DNA of 64,000 bases from the IMG/VR virus record IMGVR_UViG_3300025168_000036. One strand, given 5' to 3'. The translations under genes were made by a program, and so were the position numbers. Of this stretch, positions 27,200 through 36,792 are shown piece after piece. This DNA is from a virus. The notes beneath the pieces are model-generated. The model was not told where the DNA came from, did no database searches, and worked only from the letters and a program-made list of their open reading frames with translations. Numbering within the stretch: the first letter of the stretch is position 1; each line of letters begins with the position of its first letter.

Positions 27200-27604
27200 T
27201 TATATCCCTAGATTTCTTTTTTTCATCCAACCATCTCCATAATAAGAAAGAATTTCCTCATCTTTTTTAATATCTCTTATACACATAAATGAAAATATCT
27301 TATCATCTTGAAACTGCCTGTGAGTTATATTTCTTTTGTCAGCTGTTTCTGAGCAATTATATATCATTCCAAAGCCTAATAGTATTGCAAAACTTTCTTC
27401 AATTTGTCCTGTTTTTATTAATTTATTATACTTAAATATATAGTTGTGTAGCTCAGGTACAAAGTTTGCTTTATTAATTTCTATAAAGTAGCACTCTTCT
27501 ATTAGTTCGCCTACACTTATACTTTCTTTTGCAAATACTCCATATCCGTGTATATTGGACTTTCTAACTTCAATTTTATTATTTTTATATAATACATCCT
27601 TCAT
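27200..27604 (-). CDS. SET-domain protein (putative lysine methyltransferase)
   Basis: IHGYGVFAKE.I..GELIE; GMIYNCS (NHS-equivalent); RDIKKDEEILSYYG; likely start ATG 27604. Confidence 0.85.
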   Translation of the reverse strand: MKDVLYKNNKIEVRKSNIHGYGVFAKESISVGELIEECYFIEINKANFVPELHNYIFKYNKLIKTGQIEESFAILLGFGMIYNCSETADKRNITHRQFQDDKIFSFMCIRDIKKDEEILSYYGDGWMKKRNLGI

Positions 27605-27608
27605 AATA

Positions 27609-30600
27609 TTAACCTTGTGGGCCTCCACCAGTATCTGGTATACTAGGGCCACCTCCTCCAAATATTGTTATTCCAGTATTAACACCGCCACCTACCTCTT
27701 GGATGGTAGTATTTCCGGTAGCTACATCAGATGGATTGTTTGTCCAAGTATTTCCACCTTGAACCCATAGTCCATATAAATAATAATCTTTATTTGCTTT
27801 TTGGTTGTACCAGTTATAAAACTCTAGCTTAAAGTCCATTATTTCGCCATATTGCTCTGTTCCTAGTTTTATTTGCATACCAAAGTCTGCAGGTGTGAAG
27901 CCTGTTTGATTTTTATTCTTTATAGATATTTCTGACAATATCCATTGACCTCCTGTAATAATAAATCTTATTTTATTGTCTGATGTTGTTGGCCCATCTG
28001 TTGAAAAGTTTGCGAATTGCTTTCCAAATGAGAGTACCTCACCTCCTGCAGCTTGATCTGGATGTATAAAGTATGTCCTTACATATTTTCCAAAATTGTG
28101 TTCGTATAATGGGTCATCAGCTTCTTGTACTGGGAATGCAGATCCTGTCATATAAACATGCAAGCAAGGAGGATTATGGCCAGTTGGTGCACCATCACTA
28201 CCAGTTGTAAATGCAGCGTATTGTTTTGCATTTAACACAAAAGACAGCTCATAAGGTGTTGCTGAGCTAAGTTTTATTCCTGTTGTTGTTTTTATATCAT
28301 AGAATGACCTTGCCTTTCCAGGTTGCAAATTCACACCATTAAGAGGTGCAGAAAAACTTGAATATCCAGGTGGTAAATATAGTAAGCCATTTCCATTCTG
28401 TTGCATATTATCTGCAGTTGCATTATCCCAAGATTGACTTACCAGATCATTTCCTAAACCACAAACAATTGAGCCTAATATGATTGCGTCACTAATTGAT
28501 GCAGTTGGGTATGGAGGATAATTACCATTTGGATTAGACTCATTTGCATATATAGTCCCTCCTACACCGCCCCACTCAATGTTATATTCAGCTAATGATG
28601 TAGATACTGCAGCTGAGTTACCTCCTGCATCTGTATCTGGAAAGTGGTGAGTTAGATAAGTACCAGAACCTGTGTACCAGTTATTATCTATTGTTTCGAA
28701 ACTATCAAAGAAGCCAATGCTTGATATAGGTCTATTGGAACTTTCTGATATTAATAGTTCAATTCTTTCTACTATTTGCTCATCCATAAACTCCCAAGAC
28801 TTAACTCCGGCCTGAGGTCTTCTAAATACTTTTACCTTATATACATCTCCTGTAATTGGTTGCATATTTTGTATTCTAAAGTTAAGATATGATACTATAT
28901 TATTTACTTGAAATTGTTGTGGCTGTTGAGCATAAGACATAGAGCACTTTATGCCTTGATTAACCCACTCATTAAAAAAGTTTGTTTTTATAATATTACC
29001 ATAAGTAGGACTAGTTGGATTTGCCGACCAAAGGTTTGTGTCTATGTCATGAACTACAGGTGATGTATAATCTTGGATAGTGCCTCCTGCCCAAAAGTTA
29101 TTTTTTATTGTTGAAGCTGTAGTAGGATTATCATAATATATCATAGTTAAGAATCTAGGTAGATCAATCTTAGGAGTAGACTGCCCTCCAGTTGGGGGTG
29201 GAGGAGGTGGTGGTGGAAAAGGAGGGAATGGCGGCCACCAATCATCAAATCCTATACCTCCACCTCCTAAGTCTACCTTTCCATCTATTGTTAATCCTTG
29301 TGCTTTTCCATCATAAGCCATCTCTCCATCGAAATATGGCATACCACCACCAGGAGTAAATGTTATCGTATCAGTTTCTATTGCATTTGTATACTGATCT
29401 GTAAACTGATCTGAATGTACCATTGCACTTCTAGTAAATACAAACGACCACGGCTTAGGTTGAATTGTTACTTGATTTTGATTGTGGCCTCCAGTACCAG
29501 GGTGTATTGTAGCCCTAAAAGGAATTGTCTGACCTGCATATTGTGGCTTATACCATAACATATACTTTTGGTGGTGCTCATTAGGATTCTGTCCATACTG
29601 ATTCCACCCAGGAGTTATACCTCCGTCATTTGAAGCTTCATTTATTAGGTGTATATTTGTAGGTGTATTTGTTCCTTGGTGATTATATTCAAATGCACCA
29701 TAGCTGACTTTTTGTGTAGGTGAAAAGAACTCCCACCCACTTGCGCCTCCGTATGAAGAGCCATACCCACTACCACCTAATGACTCAAATGCTTGTTGTC
29801 CAAGCTTAATAAGTTTAAACCCATATCTAGAGTCTAAAAACCTTGGATGATAAGTTGCACCATCAACTACAGTGTCTGTTGGTGGTTCACCCGACATTGA
29901 TGTAATAAAGGTATCCCACTCATTATCTTCAAATTCTGTGGTTGCATTTGTGTTGTCTCTAAGGGCATCAAACCTTGTCCATATACCTGCACTAGATCTA
30001 CCTGTCATATCATTTCCAAAGAATTCATGGAATACACCTGCCATATAAAATGCATCTGTCCCCATCCCACCGTCTTCATACTGGAATCCAAAGTCTACAT
30101 ATCCATCGCCACCTTCCGTACCTATTGTATATACACCTGCCCCTACAGGATTACCTAGAGCATCATCCCCATTTTCAACCCAGCCAGCTGTATTACCACT
30201 TCCGCCACCATCTGGGTCTAATGTACTTATTGCAGAATAATATGAAGGTTCTACATGGTCTGTCCAGCCTGTATTTGATCTTATTGATGATGTTATATTT
30301 GCAGTAGATATTGGGCCAAAGTCGTAAACTCCATCTGGGAAGTTTGGTGTCCCAATACTAAAATAATTTCCCGAAGTTGCGCCAGCATCTGTGTGGTATG
30401 TGTCACCTTGATTTGCAGTATTTGAGTTATATAAAGCATGGACTAAACCTTCACCCACAGAGTGTGACTCATTAGGAGCCCAGAATGAGTGTGATGCTAG
30501 CAGCCTCCACATATCATATCCGCTAATTGAGAATCCGTATGCAGATTCAATTCCTTGAAATGTTAAGCTGTCTATGTCCATACACTGAACATTTATTCCT

Positions 30601-31601
30601 GCTCCATTGGCATACGGGCCTCCCCCACCTCCTTGCAAGGTTGCATAGACTGAAGGTAACGATTGAGATATATTTCTGGAGCCTGCAAAGTTTGCTCCTC
30701 CCCATACGTGAACAATACCTGGGTCTTGATACCCTTGTTGTCTACCACTACCTGTTTGAACTCCAATTTTTATTACATTTTCATTTGTTGAAGTGTTGAA
30801 ATATTCATGCCAACCTGGTATTCTTGTCCCTGCAACTGGATTAATTTCACCATTTGGTTCCAATTCTGAGTGATATGTGCTGTACATTGCAGACATTGAA
30901 TAATAGATATGAGTATCCATTGTTTCAAGATTATCACTAGTTAAATAGTTATATGAAAATGTAGCCTCAGATACAGATGCAGAAAGCTGGTATGTAGAAC
31001 CTTCTTGTTCTGTGTTATATTTTGTCCTGTCGTAATCTAAAAATATTAATTCACTACTATTTGGTCTAAAAGGTTCAATTACTATATCCTTTGACCACCT
31101 AACATTTATTTGCCCATAATATTTCGCTACATCAGGGTCTGGATTATTTTGAATAAGTGCTCCATCTGGTGTTCTTGCTGCAACACCTGCCATTACTAGC
31201 TTTCCTATACCTGGAGCTGCGTCCTCTTGTACCCAAACTGCTAAACATCTTTTTCCACCTTTTGCATCAAGAATTGTATTGTTATTCAAATTAGACCATA
31301 ATCTATCTATTCCGTATTCTGTAACTTCTACAAATATATTATCACCATTTGAATCTAAAACTTCAATAAGAATTTCAGTATCTTTCTCTAGGAATACATC
31401 ATCACCTAATAAGAATATAGCATTCTTTCCACCTTCAAATTGTACTGGAGACTGAATTACCTTAAAGTATTGTGAGCTCATTGCACTAGTATCCTCTATG
31501 AGAATATCTTTATCTAAAAGATCCCAGTATTCAATATTTTGCCTTCCGGCAATAAAACTGTCTCCGTATATATCAATACCTGTTTCGATACTATTTGGCA
31601 T
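27609..31601 (-). CDS. Large virion structural (tail/baseplate) protein with polyproline linker
   Basis: 1330 aa, G/S/T/N-rich; WWPPFPPFPPPPPPPPT; late motif and SD upstream. Confidence 0.65.
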   Translation of the reverse strand: MPNSIETGIDIYGDSFIAGRQNIEYWDLLDKDILIEDTSAMSSQYFKVIQSPVQFEGGKNAIFLLGDDVFLEKDTEILIEVLDSNGDNIFVEVTEYGIDRLWSNLNNNTILDAKGGKRCLAVWVQEDAAPGIGKLVMAGVAARTPDGALIQNNPDPDVAKYYGQINVRWSKDIVIEPFRPNSSELIFLDYDRTKYNTEQEGSTYQLSASVSEATFSYNYLTSDNLETMDTHIYYSMSAMYSTYHSELEPNGEINPVAGTRIPGWHEYFNTSTNENVIKIGVQTGSGRQQGYQDPGIVHVWGGANFAGSRNISQSLPSVYATLQGGGGGPYANGAGINVQCMDIDSLTFQGIESAYGFSISGYDMWRLLASHSFWAPNESHSVGEGLVHALYNSNTANQGDTYHTDAGATSGNYFSIGTPNFPDGVYDFGPISTANITSSIRSNTGWTDHVEPSYYSAISTLDPDGGGSGNTAGWVENGDDALGNPVGAGVYTIGTEGGDGYVDFGFQYEDGGMGTDAFYMAGVFHEFFGNDMTGRSSAGIWTRFDALRDNTNATTEFEDNEWDTFITSMSGEPPTDTVVDGATYHPRFLDSRYGFKLIKLGQQAFESLGGSGYGSSYGGASGWEFFSPTQKVSYGAFEYNHQGTNTPTNIHLINEASNDGGITPGWNQYGQNPNEHHQKYMLWYKPQYAGQTIPFRATIHPGTGGHNQNQVTIQPKPWSFVFTRSAMVHSDQFTDQYTNAIETDTITFTPGGGMPYFDGEMAYDGKAQGLTIDGKVDLGGGGIGFDDWWPPFPPFPPPPPPPPTGGQSTPKIDLPRFLTMIYYDNPTTASTIKNNFWAGGTIQDYTSPVVHDIDTNLWSANPTSPTYGNIIKTNFFNEWVNQGIKCSMSYAQQPQQFQVNNIVSYLNFRIQNMQPITGDVYKVKVFRRPQAGVKSWEFMDEQIVERIELLISESSNRPISSIGFFDSFETIDNNWYTGSGTYLTHHFPDTDAGGNSAAVSTSLAEYNIEWGGVGGTIYANESNPNGNYPPYPTASISDAIILGSIVCGLGNDLVSQSWDNATADNMQQNGNGLLYLPPGYSSFSAPLNGVNLQPGKARSFYDIKTTTGIKLSSATPYELSFVLNAKQYAAFTTGSDGAPTGHNPPCLHVYMTGSAFPVQEADDPLYEHNFGKYVRTYFIHPDQAAGGEVLSFGKQFANFSTDGPTTSDNKIRFIITGGQWILSEISIKNKNQTGFTPADFGMQIKLGTEQYGEIMDFKLEFYNWYNQKANKDYYLYGLWVQGGNTWTNNPSDVATGNTTIQEVGGGVNTGITIFGGGGPSIPDTGGGPQG

Positions 31602-31619
31602 AGTTAGCTCCTTTTAATA

Positions 31620-31628
31620 ATAAATATC
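31620..31628 (-). promoter_or_regulatory. Putative late promoter GATATTTAT
   Basis: Exact motif. Confidence 0.6.
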
Positions 31629-34600
31629 AATAGATGATATTACTGAATCCTGACTGTTTGGTTATTTCAATAGATTCATCACTCATGTCCTTCATAACAT
31701 CAATGTGGGATATTATAAAAATAAATTCAAATTCTGTTTTTAAGTATTCAAGCAATGTTGTCATTGAACTAAGGTTAGTTGAATCTAAGTTACCAAAGCC
31801 TTCATCTACAGCTAGGAAATTAGGCCTTGGCAGGTTTGACACATTTATTAATGCAACTCTTATTGCTAGAGATGCTATAAACTTTTCCATACCTGATGTT
31901 AGCTCTAGTGGCCAAGTATTAATATCATCATATACTATATTTGCAAGTATATTTTTGCCATCAACACTAAATGTTATTGAGAACTCAACTATCTGTGAAA
32001 GTATATTATTAACTTCTTCTTGTATATAAGGTAAGACATTTGTTATAATGTCATAAGGTATCCCATCTCTCTTAAGTGCAGTTAAGTAATACTCATATGC
32101 TTTCTGTTTGCTTTCAAGATCATGAGCTTTTTCTATTAAGTCATTTATTGATTTTATCTTATTTTCTGCCAGCTTAATATCACTAAAGGCACTTGTTGTG
32201 ACACCTTCGGCACCTACAAGTTCTATATCTAAGTTTGCTTTTTGCTTATCCAAAACTTCTATCTCAGAATTTATTGTTTTATTATCAGCTATTGCTTGTT
32301 CATTCTTATTATATCGTTTAATATCTCTATTAATTATTCTTAGGTCAGACTTTAGTGTACTTATATCAGATTCTCTATTTGCCGTTTTTGCTTTTATTTC
32401 TGATTGGTATTGCTTTATTGTTGATACCTCTCTTTCTAAGTCTGTGTGTAGCTGTATATCTGTAAAATTAGAGTTTTTTACCATAGTTTCTTCTAGTAAT
32501 ATCTTTTTGTCTAGTAGGCTCCTTACATCACTCTTTAATTTTACTATATCTTCTTTTGCCTTATATGCAGACTTTACAAACTCATTGTCACAACAAAAAT
32601 TACAATTGGGGTCGTATTTGTGTGTGTCAAGCTTTGATATTAAATCTAATTTATTTTTTACTGACACTTTTATAAGCTCAATATTTTGCTTTATCTTTCT
32701 ATAATCAACCTCTGCAGTATCATATATCTTCTTAGTCTTATTTGCCAAGTCTAAGTCTATTGATGCTAAGTCTTTTGCTATTTGCCTATATGACTTTTTA
32801 TTTTCTTCAGTATAGTTTTTATATTTCTGCAGCTTTTTATTATGTTCATTAATTGAGTTCTCTACAGATACCTTTCTTGATTCTAGCTTATTAATGTCCA
32901 ATGTGTCATCTATTCTACTGAGAGTCTTTGACAGAGACCTTATTTTAACATTTATATTTGCTATTTCTTTTTTAATAACTTTTAATTCAGAGTCTTCTTT
33001 TTCCCAAATAAGCTTTGCTTTGTCACAATCATCTTCTGCATCTACCAGCTCCTGTGAATAGTCTGTCTTCTTAAAGTCTTTTAATAGTGCCTGTACATCC
33101 CTTATCTCCTCATTGGCTATTTGGTATAGCTCTTCAAATACTGTTATATCTAAGAATTGTGCCAATAGATCTTTCTTTTCAAGCTGAGTTTTATCTATAA
33201 AGCCTGTATTATTATTTTGTACAGACATTGCAGTTAGAATAAAGTCATCATATGTCCCTAGGTATCCTTGAATGTTTTGGTTTGTGTATACTCTTTGCTC
33301 ACCATTAAGTGATATCTTTTCGCCACCTTCGCCATCCATCCAAAAGTCTACCACTACTTTTACATGGCCATTCTTTTCTTTCTTACCTTTTCTTTCAATG
33401 TAATAATTGACACCATCTATTTCAAAATTAAAATAGCAATCAAAATTTGACCTTTGGTTGTTTAATACATCTCCTGCAGACTTTGTTCTAGAGCATTTGT
33501 CAAATATACAATATGATAATGCATCTAATAGAGCAGATTTACCCATATGATTTTTTGCAAATAAGCCTACGACACCTTTTGTTTTTGAAAAGTCAATACT
33601 ATTACCAGTACCATAACTAAACATATTTGAAAACTTAAATAGCTTAGGCTTCCAATTTATATGTCTAGATACAGCAACATTGGATAGGCTTTGGTTAAGT
33701 GCTCTATTTATGTTCTTTATTCGGTTTAAGACGTCTGTCTCGATTGAAAAATTTCTAGTTAAATAGTCATCAATCAATCTGTTCTGATAATTGACATCTC
33801 TAGTATCCTTCGTTAATGAACGAGCTTTACGATTCTCTCCTGTATTTAATATATTATCTTTCTTAATTGTGACTATGTCAGATGTCTTGCATTTTCTTTT
33901 AATCTGCGCTATTATCTTTTTTAACTCAGCCTGTGTTGTATTCTCTGTTCTTAGCCTTACCCTTGGATATTTTGGAATATCACTTATATCAGGCTTTGCA
34001 CCACCTACTACATCTATTGTATAATATCCATAGTCATTATCTAACTGAAAGAATTTATGTTTTCTCTTTTCTACATCCCATAGTGAATAGCCGTGACCGT
34101 TAAATGCTTCTCCAAAGTTTTGCTGTATTAGTGAACCTACATAGTGAATTCTCTTCTTTTTATCTAAAAACTGGTGTTTATGTATATCACCTAATAGTGC
34201 AAGGTCATATCCAGAAAACATAGATACTTTTAGATCATCATTTGACACTTTAAACCCAATATCTGTAGTTGAACTGTTTACTGGTCCATGGAACAAAGCT
34301 ATCTTTGTCTTTGCATTAAATGAATCAGCTTTTATAAATGTGTGTGGTTCATCAAAGACACTAAAGACTGCAAAGTGTGTGTCTGCAATCTCATATACAC
34401 CAGAATCTTTTAAGTAGTGAAGTTGTGGGTGATTAAGATTGTCTATTATAGGAGACAATGAATCCATCCTACTGCTGTTATTTAGATTTGTATCATGATT
34501 TCCTGTAATTACAATTGTGTGCCTTTTGTCTGCTAGCTTCTTAAAGAACTCAGATGTTAGGTCAATTAATTCAGGTGATATATCTGTCTTATTATGTACA

Positions 34601-34767
34601 ATATCCCCACCTACATATACAATTGCATTCTCCGGTAGCTCAGATACTGCTTTATATAACTTTCTAAATATGTGTCTATATTCTTTATGCCTTTGGTAGT
34701 TTCTTATGTGGATATCTGCAATGTGTAATATACTTTCTAGCTTATCAAAGCCTACATTAATTTTCAT
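31627..34767 (-). CDS. Fused SbcD/Mre11 (gp47-like) nuclease and SbcC/Rad50 (gp46-like) ATPase
   Basis: ADIH, GGDI, GNHD, FHG, GDIH phosphoesterase motifs; then AKNHMGKS Walker A, coiled coil with CNFC zinc hook, TSGMEK signature, AVDEGFG Walker B. Confidence 0.92.
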   Translation of the reverse strand: MKINVGFDKLESILHIADIHIRNYQRHKEYRHIFRKLYKAVSELPENAIVYVGGDIVHNKTDISPELIDLTSEFFKKLADKRHTIVITGNHDTNLNNSSRMDSLSPIIDNLNHPQLHYLKDSGVYEIADTHFAVFSVFDEPHTFIKADSFNAKTKIALFHGPVNSSTTDIGFKVSNDDLKVSMFSGYDLALLGDIHKHQFLDKKKRIHYVGSLIQQNFGEAFNGHGYSLWDVEKRKHKFFQLDNDYGYYTIDVVGGAKPDISDIPKYPRVRLRTENTTQAELKKIIAQIKRKCKTSDIVTIKKDNILNTGENRKARSLTKDTRDVNYQNRLIDDYLTRNFSIETDVLNRIKNINRALNQSLSNVAVSRHINWKPKLFKFSNMFSYGTGNSIDFSKTKGVVGLFAKNHMGKSALLDALSYCIFDKCSRTKSAGDVLNNQRSNFDCYFNFEIDGVNYYIERKGKKEKNGHVKVVVDFWMDGEGGEKISLNGEQRVYTNQNIQGYLGTYDDFILTAMSVQNNNTGFIDKTQLEKKDLLAQFLDITVFEELYQIANEEIRDVQALLKDFKKTDYSQELVDAEDDCDKAKLIWEKEDSELKVIKKEIANINVKIRSLSKTLSRIDDTLDINKLESRKVSVENSINEHNKKLQKYKNYTEENKKSYRQIAKDLASIDLDLANKTKKIYDTAEVDYRKIKQNIELIKVSVKNKLDLISKLDTHKYDPNCNFCCDNEFVKSAYKAKEDIVKLKSDVRSLLDKKILLEETMVKNSNFTDIQLHTDLEREVSTIKQYQSEIKAKTANRESDISTLKSDLRIINRDIKRYNKNEQAIADNKTINSEIEVLDKQKANLDIELVGAEGVTTSAFSDIKLAENKIKSINDLIEKAHDLESKQKAYEYYLTALKRDGIPYDIITNVLPYIQEEVNNILSQIVEFSITFSVDGKNILANIVYDDINTWPLELTSGMEKFIASLAIRVALINVSNLPRPNFLAVDEGFGNLDSTNLSSMTTLLEYLKTEFEFIFIISHIDVMKDMSDESIEITKQSGFSNIIY

Positions 34768-35668
34768 ATAATTTATACTCCATAATCTTCGCGAATGTTA
34801 GAGAATTTGTATTCTCTATTATTTCATTTATTTTTTTTCTACCAAGTTCGTTTGGATCTTTTCCTGGCATTTCTACTAGCCTAACATCAACCCCACAGCC
34901 CATAAAATATTCTGCATGCCTTATTGCGTCAACCTTAGCATCATCATCTAATACTATATTTATTTTTTTAACATTCTTTTCTATAATTTTCTTTCTTAGC
35001 TCATTAGATATTAGCTTCCCAAAAAGTGGTATTGCATTGTTATTAACTGTCATAGCATCTATTGGGCCTTCAACTATTGTTAGTGGTGATGACCAATCAA
35101 CTAATAGTTCAAATCCTATAATGTCCTTAGACACTTGTGGATTTTTATGCTTAAAACTTGTATCATAAAAGGATCTTCCTGTAAAGTAGTTTAATTCGCC
35201 ATTGTGATCGTAGCTTGGTATTATAATCATGCCTGAGTATGGTCCATCTTCACAATAGCCTATGTTATATCTTAATATATCATATTTACTAAAGCCTCTT
35301 TTCATAATATATCTAAATGCATTTCTAAAGTCTGGGCTATTTCTATTACCTTCAATTATTGGAATATATTCATTTGGTAAACCTACTATTGTAGATGCTG
35401 TCTGCTTTGCTGTTGGGATTGCATCGCCAACCAAATTATAGTATTTTTTTATCTTGTCTTGAGATGCACCTACCTTCTTAAATATAGAGTATAGCTTTCT
35501 ACCTTTTTTGCCACAAACCCAGCATTGCCATTTTTGGCTTATTATGTTTATACTTAGCTTCTTCTTATGATGGCTACAATAAGGGCACTTAAATGATACC
35601 TCGTCATTATTAACGTGGCCATTTCCTAAGATACCTTCTAATAAGCTTATTACTCGAAAATTTGACAT
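34757..35668 (-). CDS. DNA primase (Zn finger + TOPRIM)
   Basis: CPYC...CWVC; IVEGPIDA; LDDDA; KDPNE. Confidence 0.9.
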   Translation of the reverse strand: MSNFRVISLLEGILGNGHVNNDEVSFKCPYCSHHKKKLSINIISQKWQCWVCGKKGRKLYSIFKKVGASQDKIKKYYNLVGDAIPTAKQTASTIVGLPNEYIPIIEGNRNSPDFRNAFRYIMKRGFSKYDILRYNIGYCEDGPYSGMIIIPSYDHNGELNYFTGRSFYDTSFKHKNPQVSKDIIGFELLVDWSSPLTIVEGPIDAMTVNNNAIPLFGKLISNELRKKIIEKNVKKINIVLDDDAKVDAIRHAEYFMGCGVDVRLVEMPGKDPNELGRKKINEIIENTNSLTFAKIMEYKLYEN

Positions 35669-35673
35669 AGTGT

Positions 35674-35690
35674 TAATATAACAAAATTTT
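35674..35690 (-). promoter_or_regulatory. Putative TTATATTA-class promoter upstream of primase
   Basis: Sense AAAATTTTGTTATATTAA; similar elements near 6330, 13730, 54355, 58382 and 62646. Confidence 0.45.
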
Positions 35691-35705
35691 GTGAATTACT
35701 TAAAT

Positions 35706-36104
35706 TTATCTTAACCAATCTTCAGGAATTTCTTTACTAGCAAAAAGTATTTCATGCTTTGTACAGAAGTCTGCGTATGAAGTTTTTGAACCTTTTCTTA
35801 TTTTTTGATTTTCATTTTGAAACACAATTCTTATATCTAAGTTTGGGTTTTGATCTTTTATCAGTAGATGCTTCTTTCTATCTTCTAGTGTCCATCTACC
35901 TTTAGTTTCTATTATTACACCATTTGGTAAAAAGAAGTCTGGGGTGTATGTTCTCTTCTTTTCAGGTACTGTAAATGATACCTTTTCAGATTCATACTTA
36001 AATTTTATCTTTTTGCTTTCAAGCTGTAGAGCTGTGTCATATTCAAATCCACTCTTATAACCGTTTTTGATTGCAATCTTTCTTTTGTTTGATTTTCTTG
36101 CCAT
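35706..36104 (-). CDS. T7 endonuclease I-like Holliday junction resolvase
   Basis: YKSGFE, YTPDFFLPNGVIIETKG, DIRIVFQ...SKTSYA. Confidence 0.9.
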   Translation of the reverse strand: MARKSNKRKIAIKNGYKSGFEYDTALQLESKKIKFKYESEKVSFTVPEKKRTYTPDFFLPNGVIIETKGRWTLEDRKKHLLIKDQNPNLDIRIVFQNENQKIRKGSKTSYADFCTKHEILFASKEIPEDWLR

Positions 36105-36106
36105 AT

Positions 36107-36772
36107 TTAATGATAACCATTTAATAGTTCTAATAGGTCATCTATTGCAGCATGTCTATGATTATCTGTTAGAACTGTTTTATATACATATTTTGAATTA
36201 ATTAATTTTGCCATGTCATGATAGGCTGAGTAGTTTTTATCTTTTAGATCCATTTGATATGAGTCTCCACAAAATATCATTGTTGAGTCTTTTCCTAACC
36301 TTCCAATTGCCATTGCCAATTGACTTCTAGTTAAGTTTTGAAACTCATCAACAATAACAATTGATCTATCAAATGTCCTACCTCTAAAGTGTGCAAGGGA
36401 TACTAGTTCAATTTGTTCAGCTAGCTCCATCCTATCTAAAATTTCTGGTTTATTATAGATCTTTCTCATGTTTGATCTAATTGGTACAAGCCACGGCTCC
36501 ATCTTTTCTTTTTCTGAGCCAGGCAAAAAACCATTGTCTTCAGTTGCAATAGTTGGCCTTGTAATTATTATCTTATTACATTGTCTCTTGAAAAATTGGT
36601 CTAGTGCAACTTGTACAGCTAGTAAAGTTTTTCCACTACCTGCCTTACCTACAATAAAATTAAATGGGTGTTTTAATATCTCTGCCTTTGCTGCTTTTTG
36701 CTCTGCAGATAGACTTAATGAAAACCTTACTGCACCTTTTGGTGCTTTTTTATCAATATTTGCTTTAGTCAA
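36107..36772 (-). CDS. phoH: PhoH-like ATPase
   Basis: GKAGSGKT, ITRP, GFLPG..EKM.PW, RGRTF, DEFQN, GDSYQ; TTG start with SD. Confidence 0.93.
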   Translation of the reverse strand: MTKANIDKKAPKGAVRFSLSLSAEQKAAKAEILKHPFNFIVGKAGSGKTLLAVQVALDQFFKRQCNKIIITRPTIATEDNGFLPGSEKEKMEPWLVPIRSNMRKIYNKPEILDRMELAEQIELVSLAHFRGRTFDRSIVIVDEFQNLTRSQLAMAIGRLGKDSTMIFCGDSYQMDLKDKNYSAYHDMAKLINSKYVYKTVLTDNHRHAAIDDLLELLNGYH

Positions 36773-36792
36773 AATGTGACTCCCTTTATTTT

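Noticed and set aside
27605-27661. ORF-track N-terminal extensions of SET (27661), protease (8805), the 396 aa ORF (8155) and the HD protein (52912)
   Set aside because: They overlap upstream genes; downstream ATGs give clean abutting or ATGA-coupled starts.
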